A DNA stretch of 64,000 nt from Lingula anatina. Its lineage: Eukaryota > Animalia > Brachiopoda. The notes under the pieces are model-generated. The model did not search any database, was not told the origin of the DNA, and saw only the letters and a program-made list of their open reading frames with translations. How positions within the stretch are numbered: the stretch's first letter is position 1; every line of letters begins with the position of its first letter. Where the stretch lies: positions 7,068,001-7,132,000 of the forward strand of contig CM120646.1 in NCBI GenBank assembly GCA_051362555.1, written 5' to 3'. Of the stretch, positions 50,858 through 62,096 are shown piece after piece. The position numbers and the translations under genes were made by a program.

Positions 50858-53401
50858 CTGGAATGGATAAGTAACATGATAAGTATACCCGCAGAGAACA
50901 CATGGTAACGGCGCATTTGTGTGATATACATTCATTGGCAGTTAACTGGGATGGAACCTTTCATAAAACGACTAACTAGAAAAAATATGATATTATGCAC
51001 ACTTTTCTACGTTAGACTAATTCTGATTTATACGGGATGTTATACCGAAATCTGACAATAGCATTGTTAGTTTCTTTTTACCAATTCCCAATGGTTGCAC
51101 TTTCCCACTCTAATGGTCAAAGGAGGAAAAGGCAGAAATTGCAATGTTAATAAATTAAGATCATCCAATTTCAAAGTACACTAAAATTCTGCAGTGTCTA
51201 TGCACATTCCTTATGATAGGCCTCTCAATCTCCAAAAGTTTCAACTTCCTCACTCTTAGGGTCTAAAAGGAGTTAACATAAATTACAATGTGAAAAGAAT
51301 TTTAATTCTTAAAAGAATCAACCACCCACAGGAACAGCAGAACCCCCAGTTGCACTGAAACGCTTAAGTGCCCATGCGCTCACAAGCATTTATATATATC
51401 TGTACGCTTGTATATAAAAAACGCGTTTGAACTCACTAATATGCAAATTTACTGAAAAAAATCCTTGATGTCAAATGTATCCAGTTTTTGCCACTTAAGA
51501 AAATAATTTGCTGGTTCCGATGAGGAGCTTGACCTAAAAGATGCTGGACCAAACATTCTAGGGGTGGGCGGGAGGGAGGGAGAAGGGGGTTGTCTCTCCC
51601 CCACTGTCCGCGGTGGGGGTTTGGGGGAACTCCCCTCGAAAAGTTTGAAAATTTAAAGTAAAATGGTAAATTTCGGTAGCATTTCACCTGCATGTACATT
51701 ATGAATTAACGGGTATTAATAGGAACACTACATTTTAAATCTTTTTTTCAAAAGTTATGAATACATTTGGTAATAAAAAACCAAACATTTTTTATCATCA
51801 CTTCTCATTGCCAAAAAGGTTCATTTTAGGTCATATATCTACCAGCCGTCAGCCCTGACGAGTACATCTCTCAATTGTCACAGTTACAGTTAAATAATTA
51901 ATGAACCTTTTAAATCCAGAACTTCATGTTTAACTGTTAGTAAGGGTAATGTTTCTCAATTTAATATTCTAATGGTTAAAGTGATCACCGTCACTGCCGC
52001 CACTGTCAGACAGTTAGTCATGGTCACTGACATGTTGATGTGACGAGTATCTGGCTGATCAGAGTAACCTTTTGTAGGACGATCTGCAGGGCCGGCCAGC
52101 TATGGCCTTGTCAACAAAAATTATCCACGGAAATTAACTTTTCCCAAGCTAACCGCAAGTGTCTTTGCCTGGAAAGTTCATATTATTTGCTTCTTCTCTT
52201 TTTTTAGGCAGCGATAGGTCCTTTTTGCCTGCATTCCCACTGCTCGGAGCGACGGTGAATTTTTAGAAAGCGAACGTGTCATGAACTAATACGACCTACT
52301 TAAAAAGTTATCGCAAAACATGTAAAGGCTCAGTGCTTGGGTTTAAATTATACATCTTACGGTTGAAATATCCTTCAGAAACAAATAAATAAATTGCCAA
52401 AGCACACAACACTTTATTTGGTAGAACGAATTATATTATTAGAGCTGTTCCCAATCATTTATTTCTTCTTTTATGTTACCGCTTTTTTCACGTTTTCCTC
52501 AACCAAGTTTTCTTCCAAGAGAGTAATACATAGGCATGCACATGCTTCAAGATTTTGACTAACCATTCGAGGCGACCATAGTCTCATGACATCTACTGTT
52601 ACCAAATTTAGTAAGAAAGTCACAAAATACTGTCACAGTCAAAGTTAAGAGATCGTCGACGAAATTTTGAAAATAAAAATTTAGATACCTGTGTGTTCTA
52701 GTACTCTTTGTAAAATACGCATATTCTCCAATAGTCTCTTGAATATATGTCCCTGTTCTGTATTACAACCAATTGTGCCGTGCCTGTACAATTCAATGAC
52801 TGCTCAGTTGATCGGTAGGATAAACCAGAAATAAGTACATGTAATCGTAATGTAACACGCACCGGTTATTTGTAAGTTATTATGTAGCTATTGTAGTGAT
52901 TATGTTAAGGTCCGTTTTTAATTGATTCATTTCTTAATAAATGTCAGATGATCTGTCAAAGCACACACCCACTGCGAACGTTAGTGTAAAGAGGCGCCTA
53001 TGGCACAGAACGGATTGCTCGAGTCTGTCTTTGAACGCTTCATGAAAATTGTTATCTAAAGAAAGGAACAATGTGAATCTTTATCCTAAAACTTTGCAAC
53101 CTGCAAAGTTGAATTAACAAAGTCATCAAACTGTGTTTTTATAGGAAATTCAGACAACCGCCGTAAGGAAAAGACAATTCAAACTGTCCGACAATTCAAA
53201 CTTTCAACATTAGATCCCTAAAAAAGCATTTACATGTATCTAAACACCATGTTCTGTCCATACCTAAAGTGGACAATGACCACTGTTTTGACTCACAGAA
53301 TAACGTCTTTCTCAGATAATAATAATAATAAAAATGATATTTAATTCAATGCTTTTTTCAATGATAATTACATGTACAAATCTGGTAATATCATTACTTA
53401 C

Positions 53402-53600
53402 AGTAACAAGGCAGGGGTTTAACAGGAAAAGAACAGTCCCCATAGTAGGCTTGCTCTTCGGGTGTCAGTGAGTTCCACATGTCATTAAATGCAATTGATA
53501 TGTTTTGTTCTTCCGGGGTAAGCTGAGCCTGGACAGAAACAAAAGCTACCATTGCCACAGCAAGGAACATAAGCACGGCCAAGTTACTGTTCCCTGTCAT
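53402..53600 (-). CDS. Secreted single-VWD-domain protein, copy 1, exon 1 (signal peptide)
   Basis: MTGNSNLAVLMFLAVAMVAFVSVQA-QLTPEEQ...KPLPCY; donor T|GTAAGT, phase 1. Confidence 0.88.
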
Positions 53601-53650
53601 TTTCAAGCTGGAGGCTTCCTGGCACTGCTGTTCAAGGTGAGGCGCACAGC

Positions 53651-53684
53651 AACTGATATTTTCTCTCTTCCACCCATCTTATAC
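53651..53684 (-). promoter_or_regulatory. Core promoter of VWD gene copy 1 (TATA-like box and Inr)
   Basis: Minus-strand TATAAGA at about 53684-53678 and TCAGTT at 53656-53651, ~30 nt apart and ~55 nt before the ATG. An NRF1-like gcgcatgcg lies at about 53740. Confidence 0.6.
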
Positions 53685-56600
53685 ATTTATTTGTAAGTGG
53701 GCGTAAAGACCGCCTTCGCCACGGTGGCATACGAAGCGTGCGCATGCGTCTCAATTGCCACAACTGTGCCTCGTCTCTTTTTGAATCTTTTCCAAAGGAG
53801 GACAGTCGTTTGCAGAAAACCGTCATTCTAAGCATGTGTTGAGAGCGTTTTCATAAATTTTGCTTCAAAATCAATGTTGATTTTATATCTCTCAAATTAC
53901 CAGACCAACATTTTCAAAGTCCTGCTGGGTTACCGTTGCTTTCTTTTACCATCTAAAGCTTTTTGACAACGATCTATTTTATATGTTCCTAAACGATATG
54001 CAATGGTGATCGGTAACACAAATGACCAAGTTTCCCAGCTGGAACCCCTTTACTGTTCAGACTATATTATTTAAGTAGAGTCACCATTAATTCTAGCATG
54101 CATTTAAGATTACGGGGGTCACTACCGTTGTTTCAGAAATTGACAAAAATGCTAATTTTTATAAATGTTTATCAAAAAACCATGTAAGAATGGTCTGATT
54201 ATTGAGTTTTTCTGAAATACTTGAAAAAAAAAAAAAAAAAAAAAAAACATCTTCACTGTGTCAATGGAGAGGACACACTCGATTCTCAAATTCTGAATTG
54301 ATATTTAGATTATGGATAAGGGACGGCGTTATGAATTTAATCTTCACTCCAGTTATATCTCAACGCAGTTAGAAGTGAACGAAATTCAATCTTTTCTAGC
54401 AACACTTAATTGACATTATTTATTCAAATCATAGGAGACAGCGAAATGCATCAGTAGGCACAAACTGCGCAATTAATTGAAATGCATAGTATTTTTCTAG
54501 TCTGTCGAGAAAAATTTTGCTGGTACCGGTGACTTTTTTAAAGGTAAATTAAACGTCTTCATTTTTATGTCCTTTTGATGACAATCTTCATATTCATTTA
54601 AAAAAAGTGTAGGCCACAAAACTGACAAAATGAGGCATTGCAGTCATGCAGCATGGCCGCTTTGATTTTCCATACATTTCCAACACACTTTTTAACTTTT
54701 GCCAAGCTGTATGATTATACTGAACACTGTACTGGATAATGATTGAAATTATTTTAATGTCACATGAAGAGGTGAGTGTAAATGTGATAACTCAGTTAAT
54801 ACCTCAGTTAATTGGTATCATCAGCACAGAATAATTTTAATCAAACATTTGTATTTTGTGTAACACAGAAGGGTTCATGCTCCTTACTTCTGTCACCTCT
54901 TTTAGTGCCCTTGGAAAACTTAACAAGATACTTTGAACACAGTTTTCATAGCACTTTTCTTCATATGGAATTTTATGTCCAAGAATGAACTTTTAATTAA
55001 GCGCTTATTCTTCAAATTAAAAGATGTGATGCCACACGAAAGACAACTCACCACACAAAAATACTGAATATTTTAAAACGTAGTGGTTTGTTGGTTAGCG
55101 AAAAAGATGCAGATTCATCGCATAATCAATCAACAGGAAGGGAATTTGCTGCAAACTGACTATACATTGAGTTGATTTTTCACATTTTGTTATACTGAAA
55201 AATCGCCATTCTTAAGTATCGTGTTCTTAAAAAACAACAGCTATCCCTAATTTACACGAGGTTTCAAACAATGGCGCATCCTCAAACCACAGGTACATGT
55301 AAATTTACCCCCCCCCCCCGAACAATTCCCTAATTCCCTTTCAAAATACCGAGTTGTTTGTGATGTTAAGGCCTTGAGTCAGACCTCCTATTTTGACAAC
55401 TAATCACTAAAACACCTATGTTTCTTCTGGTGAGCTGTAATTACTTAGTTGATTAAGATTGTGACAATCCAATTTCTTACATGTATCAAGAAGGTTTTTC
55501 GGAATGTCTTTTTTTAGCGCTATCCGGCACAAGGTGTGCCAAAGAGTTGAAATAGCAAAACTAACCTACCTTTTTAAATAGCAAACAAATTTCTCCGCAA
55601 AATAACGTATTTCAGATAGGGAATTAACACAACAACATTTCTTAGACTCCATCTTTCCATCTTAGCGGTACTTAATTTGTATATTACTCTCAGCCAGCAG
55701 ATAGTTAACCCAAGTCATGGGTTTTGCAAGGAGCCATGTCATTGGACGGATTTTTTTAGGTTATCGTAATGTGTTCATATCAGACCAATGACAGCATACG
55801 TATCATCACCAACATTTCATACTAGGATCCTTTCAATTTCTAAGTTCTCTGTAAAACATCAATATTATAAAACACGCCGGGCGTCCCTACACGCGAGCGG
55901 CAACAACACGAATTTTCCTTTGAATTTCACTCGTATTTATCATTTAAGTTAGATACACCTCTCAACTCCACTAATGGTAATATAATAAAATCTATAGACT
56001 GTGCGGGGCTTTTTCCAAACACACAACGCTGCATGCAGCCGTTCTACACACTTGCACGCCTTCCTAATAGAGCCATCAAGTACAATCCAGGGCGGTAGAT
56101 ATTATAGGCACATTTTTCAATTCATAGTTAAAAGATTGGCCACATTTAGCCAGAGACATAACCTGTGAATATCTAGTGAAAAATCAATCAGTGGACCTGG
56201 TAGAGGATAGGGATAAGCATGCTGAAAGCAAGAAAAACATCAACTGCGTTAGTAATGAACACAAACGCCAACCTTCTCCCTACAATCGTTCGAAGGGCCT
56301 TATAAAACTGGACAGTACCCATGATGCGCGAATGCTGTCACCAAGTTTCTTTTACCGACCAAACGACCACCAAGACGGGCCAACCAGTTACTAGTTAGTA
56401 AGTGAATAATGAAATCCATATCATGTTTTCCTTTCTATAGATACTGCTCTCAGTTAAGGATATGCCCACAGTCAATCAATCCAAATAGTAAGTGTACCTC
56501 TCTCTGATGCAGGTATGGGTCCTCTAAAAGCCGATCAATCAACAATAATAATAAAGTAAATAACTCGATCAGCGTCACTACAATAAAGTAATAATAATGA

Positions 56601-56838
56601 CGCCTACAAATTAATTGAGAACATTGAAATTTTATAAAATCATTTTGGCATTATCTTCAAACTGTGTTGAGGGACTTGTTTTGGCCATTTGAAAAAAGGT
56701 ACGTTTCAGGTATTTAAACGTACATAGACGAAGAAACACTTTTTTTGGCTGAAATCTGCACTGTCCCCTGTAGCACTGGGAAAAGATGAGCAGTTGTACT
56801 TTAAATGTACGCTCCATTTTCGAAGCCAGCAGGAAAAA

Positions 56839-56840
<2 letters not shown>

Positions 56841-56893
<53 letters not shown>

Positions 56894-56908
56894 AATAAAT
56901 AAATAAAT
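56841..56908. repeat. (AAT)n/(AAAT)n microsatellite
   Basis: Directly visible. Confidence 0.95.
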
Positions 56909-59475
56909 GGATAGTGTAAAAATACTACTCCGCAACAATGTTGAACCTTTCCTCGCTTTACTTAAACGTCTATTCAACAACATTTCACACTAAAGATTTG
57001 TAAGTCATTTATACGGTAACTACGGTAACTACTATAGAGATTACAGCCTAATAAAAGCCAAAGATGGTATGGATGACCCCGCTCTCAGGTGCGACGTTTT
57101 GTGTCTGTGCTTTGTGGAACCCCATCACTCCACCAAAGTTTTAAAACTTTTTGAGTTTACGCGCCAGGTGCATCCTCCAGAGGATACTGCACAATACTGT
57201 GGATTTGATTTTTTAATATCATAAGCTTATTTACTGGTTCATTCAGTGATTTTTTGTGAAAAAATCCATTTAATATGAAAACTGGTTTATGATATGATTT
57301 CATGTATCAATATACGCCGTGCATTGGGGATGACTTTTTTCGTTTTTGATTTTATGAATTGCTTTGAAGCTACGAAACATGCAATGGCAGAAACAGTGGA
57401 GGACACCAAAGGCACGTTTCCCTCACTTTAAGCTCCTGAGGTATTTTCTTCTTGTTTTATTAATTTATAAGCTGTTAACAGGTCAGGTATTGGAAAGAAT
57501 AAACCATCTTGATGTGCCACTATCAGTTGAATTAGCCTGAGCTTTTTGTCTTAAATTATTTGCCTGATTCGCATAGAATATATTTTCCTCGAGAACGGAA
57601 TTATAAAAATATCATATTTTTTTGCATTGCACTGTTTATCAATGCATGCTGCAAACAAAAATTAAGAAAAACAAAGTACATACGTTTAACAACATTTTAT
57701 TATGCTTAAGCACAAGCACGGCGAAACACAGGAGATTTGAACGACAACCAATGCTTTTAAAAAATCAAAATTATATGATACCATGTAATACACGTTTCCA
57801 ATAATAAGCACCCGCGTACGCTATAAATGCCATAGTACATTGCAAAATTTGTTTCTAGAACTTTTCTCAAACATTTCTTTGCTTTAACGGTACATATTTT
57901 TTTTTTCGTTTTAACATTTATGGTGTACAGTTGCATAACTAAGATTGACAATTTCCCACTCAGTTTGACCACTCTGTCGAAATAAACTATAGAAATAAAT
58001 CAAAGAAAACATATAGGTTATAGCTTAAATTTAGAAACGTGAACACCTCTATATTAATAACCATATTATATGTCCTCAGGGTTATATACACAAAAAATTT
58101 CAATGGTTGTCAATATTTAAACATGTAAGCAAAGTCAACGAAGAACCAAAAGGATTGCGAGCACCACCGATTTCAATATTCAGTGTCCATTGTTGATTTC
58201 CGTTTATCATTTTGTCTTATAGCCGCTTTAGGGTTGCCTCCGTTTAAGTAAAGATCATTTTAGTTCACTGACGGAAAGTCCTTTTAGTAGCAAAGCATGT
58301 TTGCAAGTTGCAAGACTTCGAATTAACGAAAAGAGACAGTTTCTACTAGTTATTTGAACAGTTACAATGGCATCATTTTGAGTCCCAAGTGGTCTTGTGT
58401 CCATATATTTGTGTGTAAGGTTTGAAGGGCGTCCAGCACTCACCTTTAGCTCACACCAACGACTGAATACAGTACCCTTAGTGTCCTATTACATGCACGC
58501 CCATGAGCTGACCTTTTCTTCATTATCAAAAAAGCACAAATGTCTGTAATAATTTTGGCATTGCTTTTCTCCAACATGTCTAAAATATGTCATGCAGCTC
58601 TCATTCTAGCACCCTTACACTTTCTTTCGGTATTTGTCAGTCATATCCTGTACTTAAATGGTAATTTCTGTGGGCATTGATAATAAACTACAAATAATTA
58701 TGTAACTACGGGCTGGAGCAATAAATTCCAAAAATTAACCACCCCAAAAACTTCTTACTAAAATAGCTTATAGAATGTATATGAAAACATACATGTTACC
58801 AAAAGCATATATCGAATAATTCTTCAACTGATACTTATCTTTTAACGTTAAAGAATTATTATAAACACAAAGTCGAAATAATAGTATTAGTTCCAATTTG
58901 GTAAAGAACATGTACATGCACATATAAAAAAAAACATATTTTGTTCTATTTCATCCATAACATTTTATCTAGAGCGTGTGAGTCTTAAAAGTAAAGACAC
59001 CGCATTGCAATGCATATCCCTCGGTTAAAACTAAAAATATCTCCCAATTATAAGCGAATTCTATGCTCTACCTCGACTCTACTTAATTACGAAATTACTT
59101 ATCTCGAGAAAAAAGTTTACATACATGCACAGTGTAGTTCCAAATGAAGTCATAATGTCCTTAGATTTAATATCAGTGGCCGATATCATTATGCCTGTAA
59201 TATTATTATTATTTTTAAACAAGCTATTGGACACTTTCGAGGATTACCTTATGAAAAAAACGGATATACACACTAGATACTGTAAACGTCTATAAAGCGG
59301 GAGAAAAATGATATTACTTATTCCCGTGATACTTGTTATTGTTTATTTTGGACAAACACGTGCCAAAAAAGTAAAGAAAGAATTATGAAACTGTCTCAAG
59401 GCATTTAACCAGCCAGAAGGAAGATACGAGGGTAAGTAGTTCGGAGTAGTTGGAGGCGTCTGGGGTCTTGTCCAT

Positions 59476-59482
59476 TTACCAC
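59476..59482 (-). CDS. Single-VWD protein copy 2, terminal exon coding part (P-W-stop)
   Basis: tttcatttcag|GTGGTAA, at the position paralogous to the copy 1 terminal exon. Confidence 0.5.
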
Positions 59483-59548
59483 CTGAAATGAAATGTGCCA
59501 TAAATGACTCCGCTTACCAATTTGATGAGCACATGGTGATATTGTTAA

Positions 59549-59660
59549 GAAATATCGCTACATTTTAAAATTTTCAATAATATCTAGACTAAGGTACATA
59601 TTTTACCTATCCACGTGGGAATAATGAACATTAAAGAGAATTTAAAATTAACGTGGTTCC
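59549..59660. mobile_element. Small TTAA-flanked insertion (Kolobok/piggyBac-type MITE)
   Basis: TTAA on both sides with weak TIRs; the paralogous site in copy 1 (48835-48838) has a single TTAA. Confidence 0.65.
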
Positions 59661-60161
59661 TTAAGAAGGGTAGTCCATGAATAACAATGATAAGAAAAGG
59701 AAAGTTATGCAATTTCAATTAACATGTTATCATAGGTGAAACCAGGGCGCTCCCCCCTCCTTTCATAAATCAAAATGACGAGTTCTGTTCCCTTCCAGGA
59801 ACTGTCAGAAAAGATTAAAACCCACAGAAAACAGCTTTAAGTCATGCATACCACAACAAACATAATATTATACCATTTGTTTAGATGAATAGAAACAGTT
59901 TTCCACAGGGCAGTGGAGTAGTAAGGTTAGAGTACCCCCTCAATTCATGCCCTGAATTCATCAGTAATGGTTAATACGAAATATTAAAATACACGGGGTG
60001 TGGAGAGATGGGGTTAGTTTTGACCCTCGCTTAATGCCCTGAATTTACCAGTAAAAGTTGATACACAAGATTATAATGGGGGTGGAGATACGGGTTAGTT
60101 TCCCCCTCGCTTAAAACACTCAATTTACCAGTAATGGCTAATACAAAATATCTTACCTTAC

Positions 60162-60499
60162 GGCCACAAAGGAGAAGACTCCTCTACGAGGGGTCCCCAA
60201 TCTGAAGCATCGCTCGTCGGAATGTCTAGGATGGTCTCGTCGTTAAGTGGGAATGTGTTCCAGTCGCCACATATGCCAAGAATACGGTGACACCAAATGG
60301 GGGGGATTTTAATCACCATACAGTGACGGGCAATGTAGAGCGTGATCTTGAAGAATTTGCATTCAATAGACAGGTAATACCCTGGTATGTGGGCATTTAG
60401 CCACACAACCGTGATGCGAAAATATGTCCCCTCAAACAGGAATTCCTCTTTTGTAATTGTTGTCGTCAAGATTACGGGGGTTCCAGGGCCATCTATTAC
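60162..60499 (-). CDS. Single-VWD protein copy 2, exon 3
   Basis: gattatag|VIDGPGTP...RILGICGDWNTFPLND...SPLW; same 338-nt length as copy 1; read-through stop at 60160-60158. Confidence 0.9.
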
Positions 60500-60679
60500 C
60501 TATAATCATAAAAAAGACAAAAATAATAAAGATAGCTTTGTTAAAACATTATCCATAGAATTTGCGTGCGCAGCATGGAAAAGTAGTCCGCTAGGAACCG
60601 TAGTCCGTTTCCCATAACTTTGTACAGGTGTCAATCGTCCCTTTAAAGTCCCCGGATAGACACTACATTTAAAAATGGA

Positions 60680-61125
60680 CTTACATTTAGAATTAAACAC
60701 CCATTCACCTGCACTAGCTCAAATTTAATTTATGTATTAACTTGCAGTGGATGCGGTGAGAACTATATAGGACAAACTGGAGACACTCTCCGACACAGAA
60801 TGACCGTTCACAGACAACAAATAAGACAACCCAAATATCAGCGCACGTCTGTGAGTGGGCACATTAGGGAATGCTCTATGAACAAAAACAAGGACTTTAC
60901 GGTATTCCCATTTTATAAATTCACTAGGGAACCCAAACAGAAAGGGAAATTAAAGAAAATCTATTCATTAATAAGTATTAACCTACATTGAATAGATAAT
61001 AGCATTGGTGAAAGCAACAATTAAACACCCTTTGTTACAGACGTCACATTTTAGCCTTTATGACATCACCTAGTAACAAATAAACAAAACCCCCTGAAGA
61101 AAGAATGGAACCGGTCGGGGCAAAA
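60680..61125 (+). mobile_element. Penelope-like retroelement 3' fragment (GIY-YIG endonuclease)
   Basis: Translates as PFTCTSSNLIYVLTCSGCGENYIGQTGDTLRHRMTVHRQQI...VSGHIREC, followed by a degenerate ctgaaga...gaac hammerhead-like tail at about 61094; absent from the copy 1 intron. Confidence 0.85.
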
Positions 61126-61796
61126 TTTTCTTTTTATTATATATACATATATATATATATATATAAAAAAAGAAATAAAAAACAGCGGTTATAATTTATT
61201 GTATCAAAAATTTAAAAGAAATATCGAATTAAAACACAGACTGCACACCGCACATAATAGGCCAAGGCCAAATACTCAAGGTAATATTAACATGTTCTAC
61301 AATTCACATTATATGTTATACAAATCCAATAGTTCAATAGTAATAAATACAGGTACATGTCTTATATTTGTGGAGATGTAAGACCTGTAAAAGTGCTTTT
61401 CATCGAGTAAACTAGTTAGTAAAATGTCAAGGTGAATGGAATGATCACAATTATGTCACACCGGTTAACAAATGCATATCGATATCAATTATCCAGGTAA
61501 ATAGGGATGAAAATCTCATTCTCCTTTGCTTTCACTTTAGGTACTGTGCTAATGATATTTCTGTCAGTCTGTGTCAGATATCTTTATCATATTTTTATAC
61601 ATGCACAGTTGACACGATTGCATCTATATTAGGATAAACATGATATTAGTTTTGTTGCTAAGGTGATTGGAACTTTGTATTAAATTGGATCGCCAGACCC
61701 CCAGCACTAGTTGCTGACGCAGTGCGCAACTAAAATGCGCGACGTTGCTGCACGTTATAGCATAAAGAAAGTACATTTAAATAGAAAGGAACTGTA

Positions 61797-61800
<4 letters not shown>

Positions 61801-61830
<30 letters not shown>
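61801..61830. repeat. (GA)n microsatellite
   Basis: Directly adjacent to the copy 2 exon-2 donor. Confidence 0.95.
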
Positions 61831-61832
<2 letters not shown>

Positions 61833-61836
61833 TCAC

Positions 61837-62096
61837 TTCCAAAGTGTACGTTCCTGTGAACGTGCTCTTGAAAAAGACGGTAACACTACTTTGCCAGCAG
61901 CCAAATTTCACAGCTTTCAATCGGGTCTTCGGGGGACCATTGAAGTATTCGTGCTTTGTCAACACATACCACATTGGACATGCAGGCATTGCCATAAAGC
62001 CGATATGATCAGGGCTGGTGTTGTACCTGAACTGTCTTTTATCGCAAGTCATATAGCGGATATCACCGTGAGCATGGCAATAACAAGTGCCAAGAT
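61837..62096 (-). CDS. Single-VWD protein copy 2, exon 2 (exon 1 beyond the window end)
   Basis: ccattccag|...|gtgagt, 260 nt: LGTCYCHAHGDIRYMTCDKRQFRY...TYTLE; in-frame 21-nt deletion relative to copy 1. Confidence 0.88.

Noticed and set aside
50475-50870. Plus-strand ORFs 50475-50870 and 61711-62109
   Set aside because: Antisense shadows of VWD exon 2 extended through microsatellites.
50975-51400. Possible minus-strand HINE/Helentron remnant in VWD intron 1 (also at about 62208-62580)
   Set aside because: Only an actagaaa end and a generic core resemblance; subTIRs could not be identified.
51850-51890. CTGACGA as a hammerhead core (also at about 63045)
   Set aside because: No stem II or GAAA box follows.
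47504-58443. Paired ORFs 47504-47695 and 58255-58443 as a conserved small gene or alternative last exon
   Set aside because: The similarity is explained by the segmental duplication. A 1-nt indel shifts the frame between copies relative to the upstream acceptor, and there is no protein motif.
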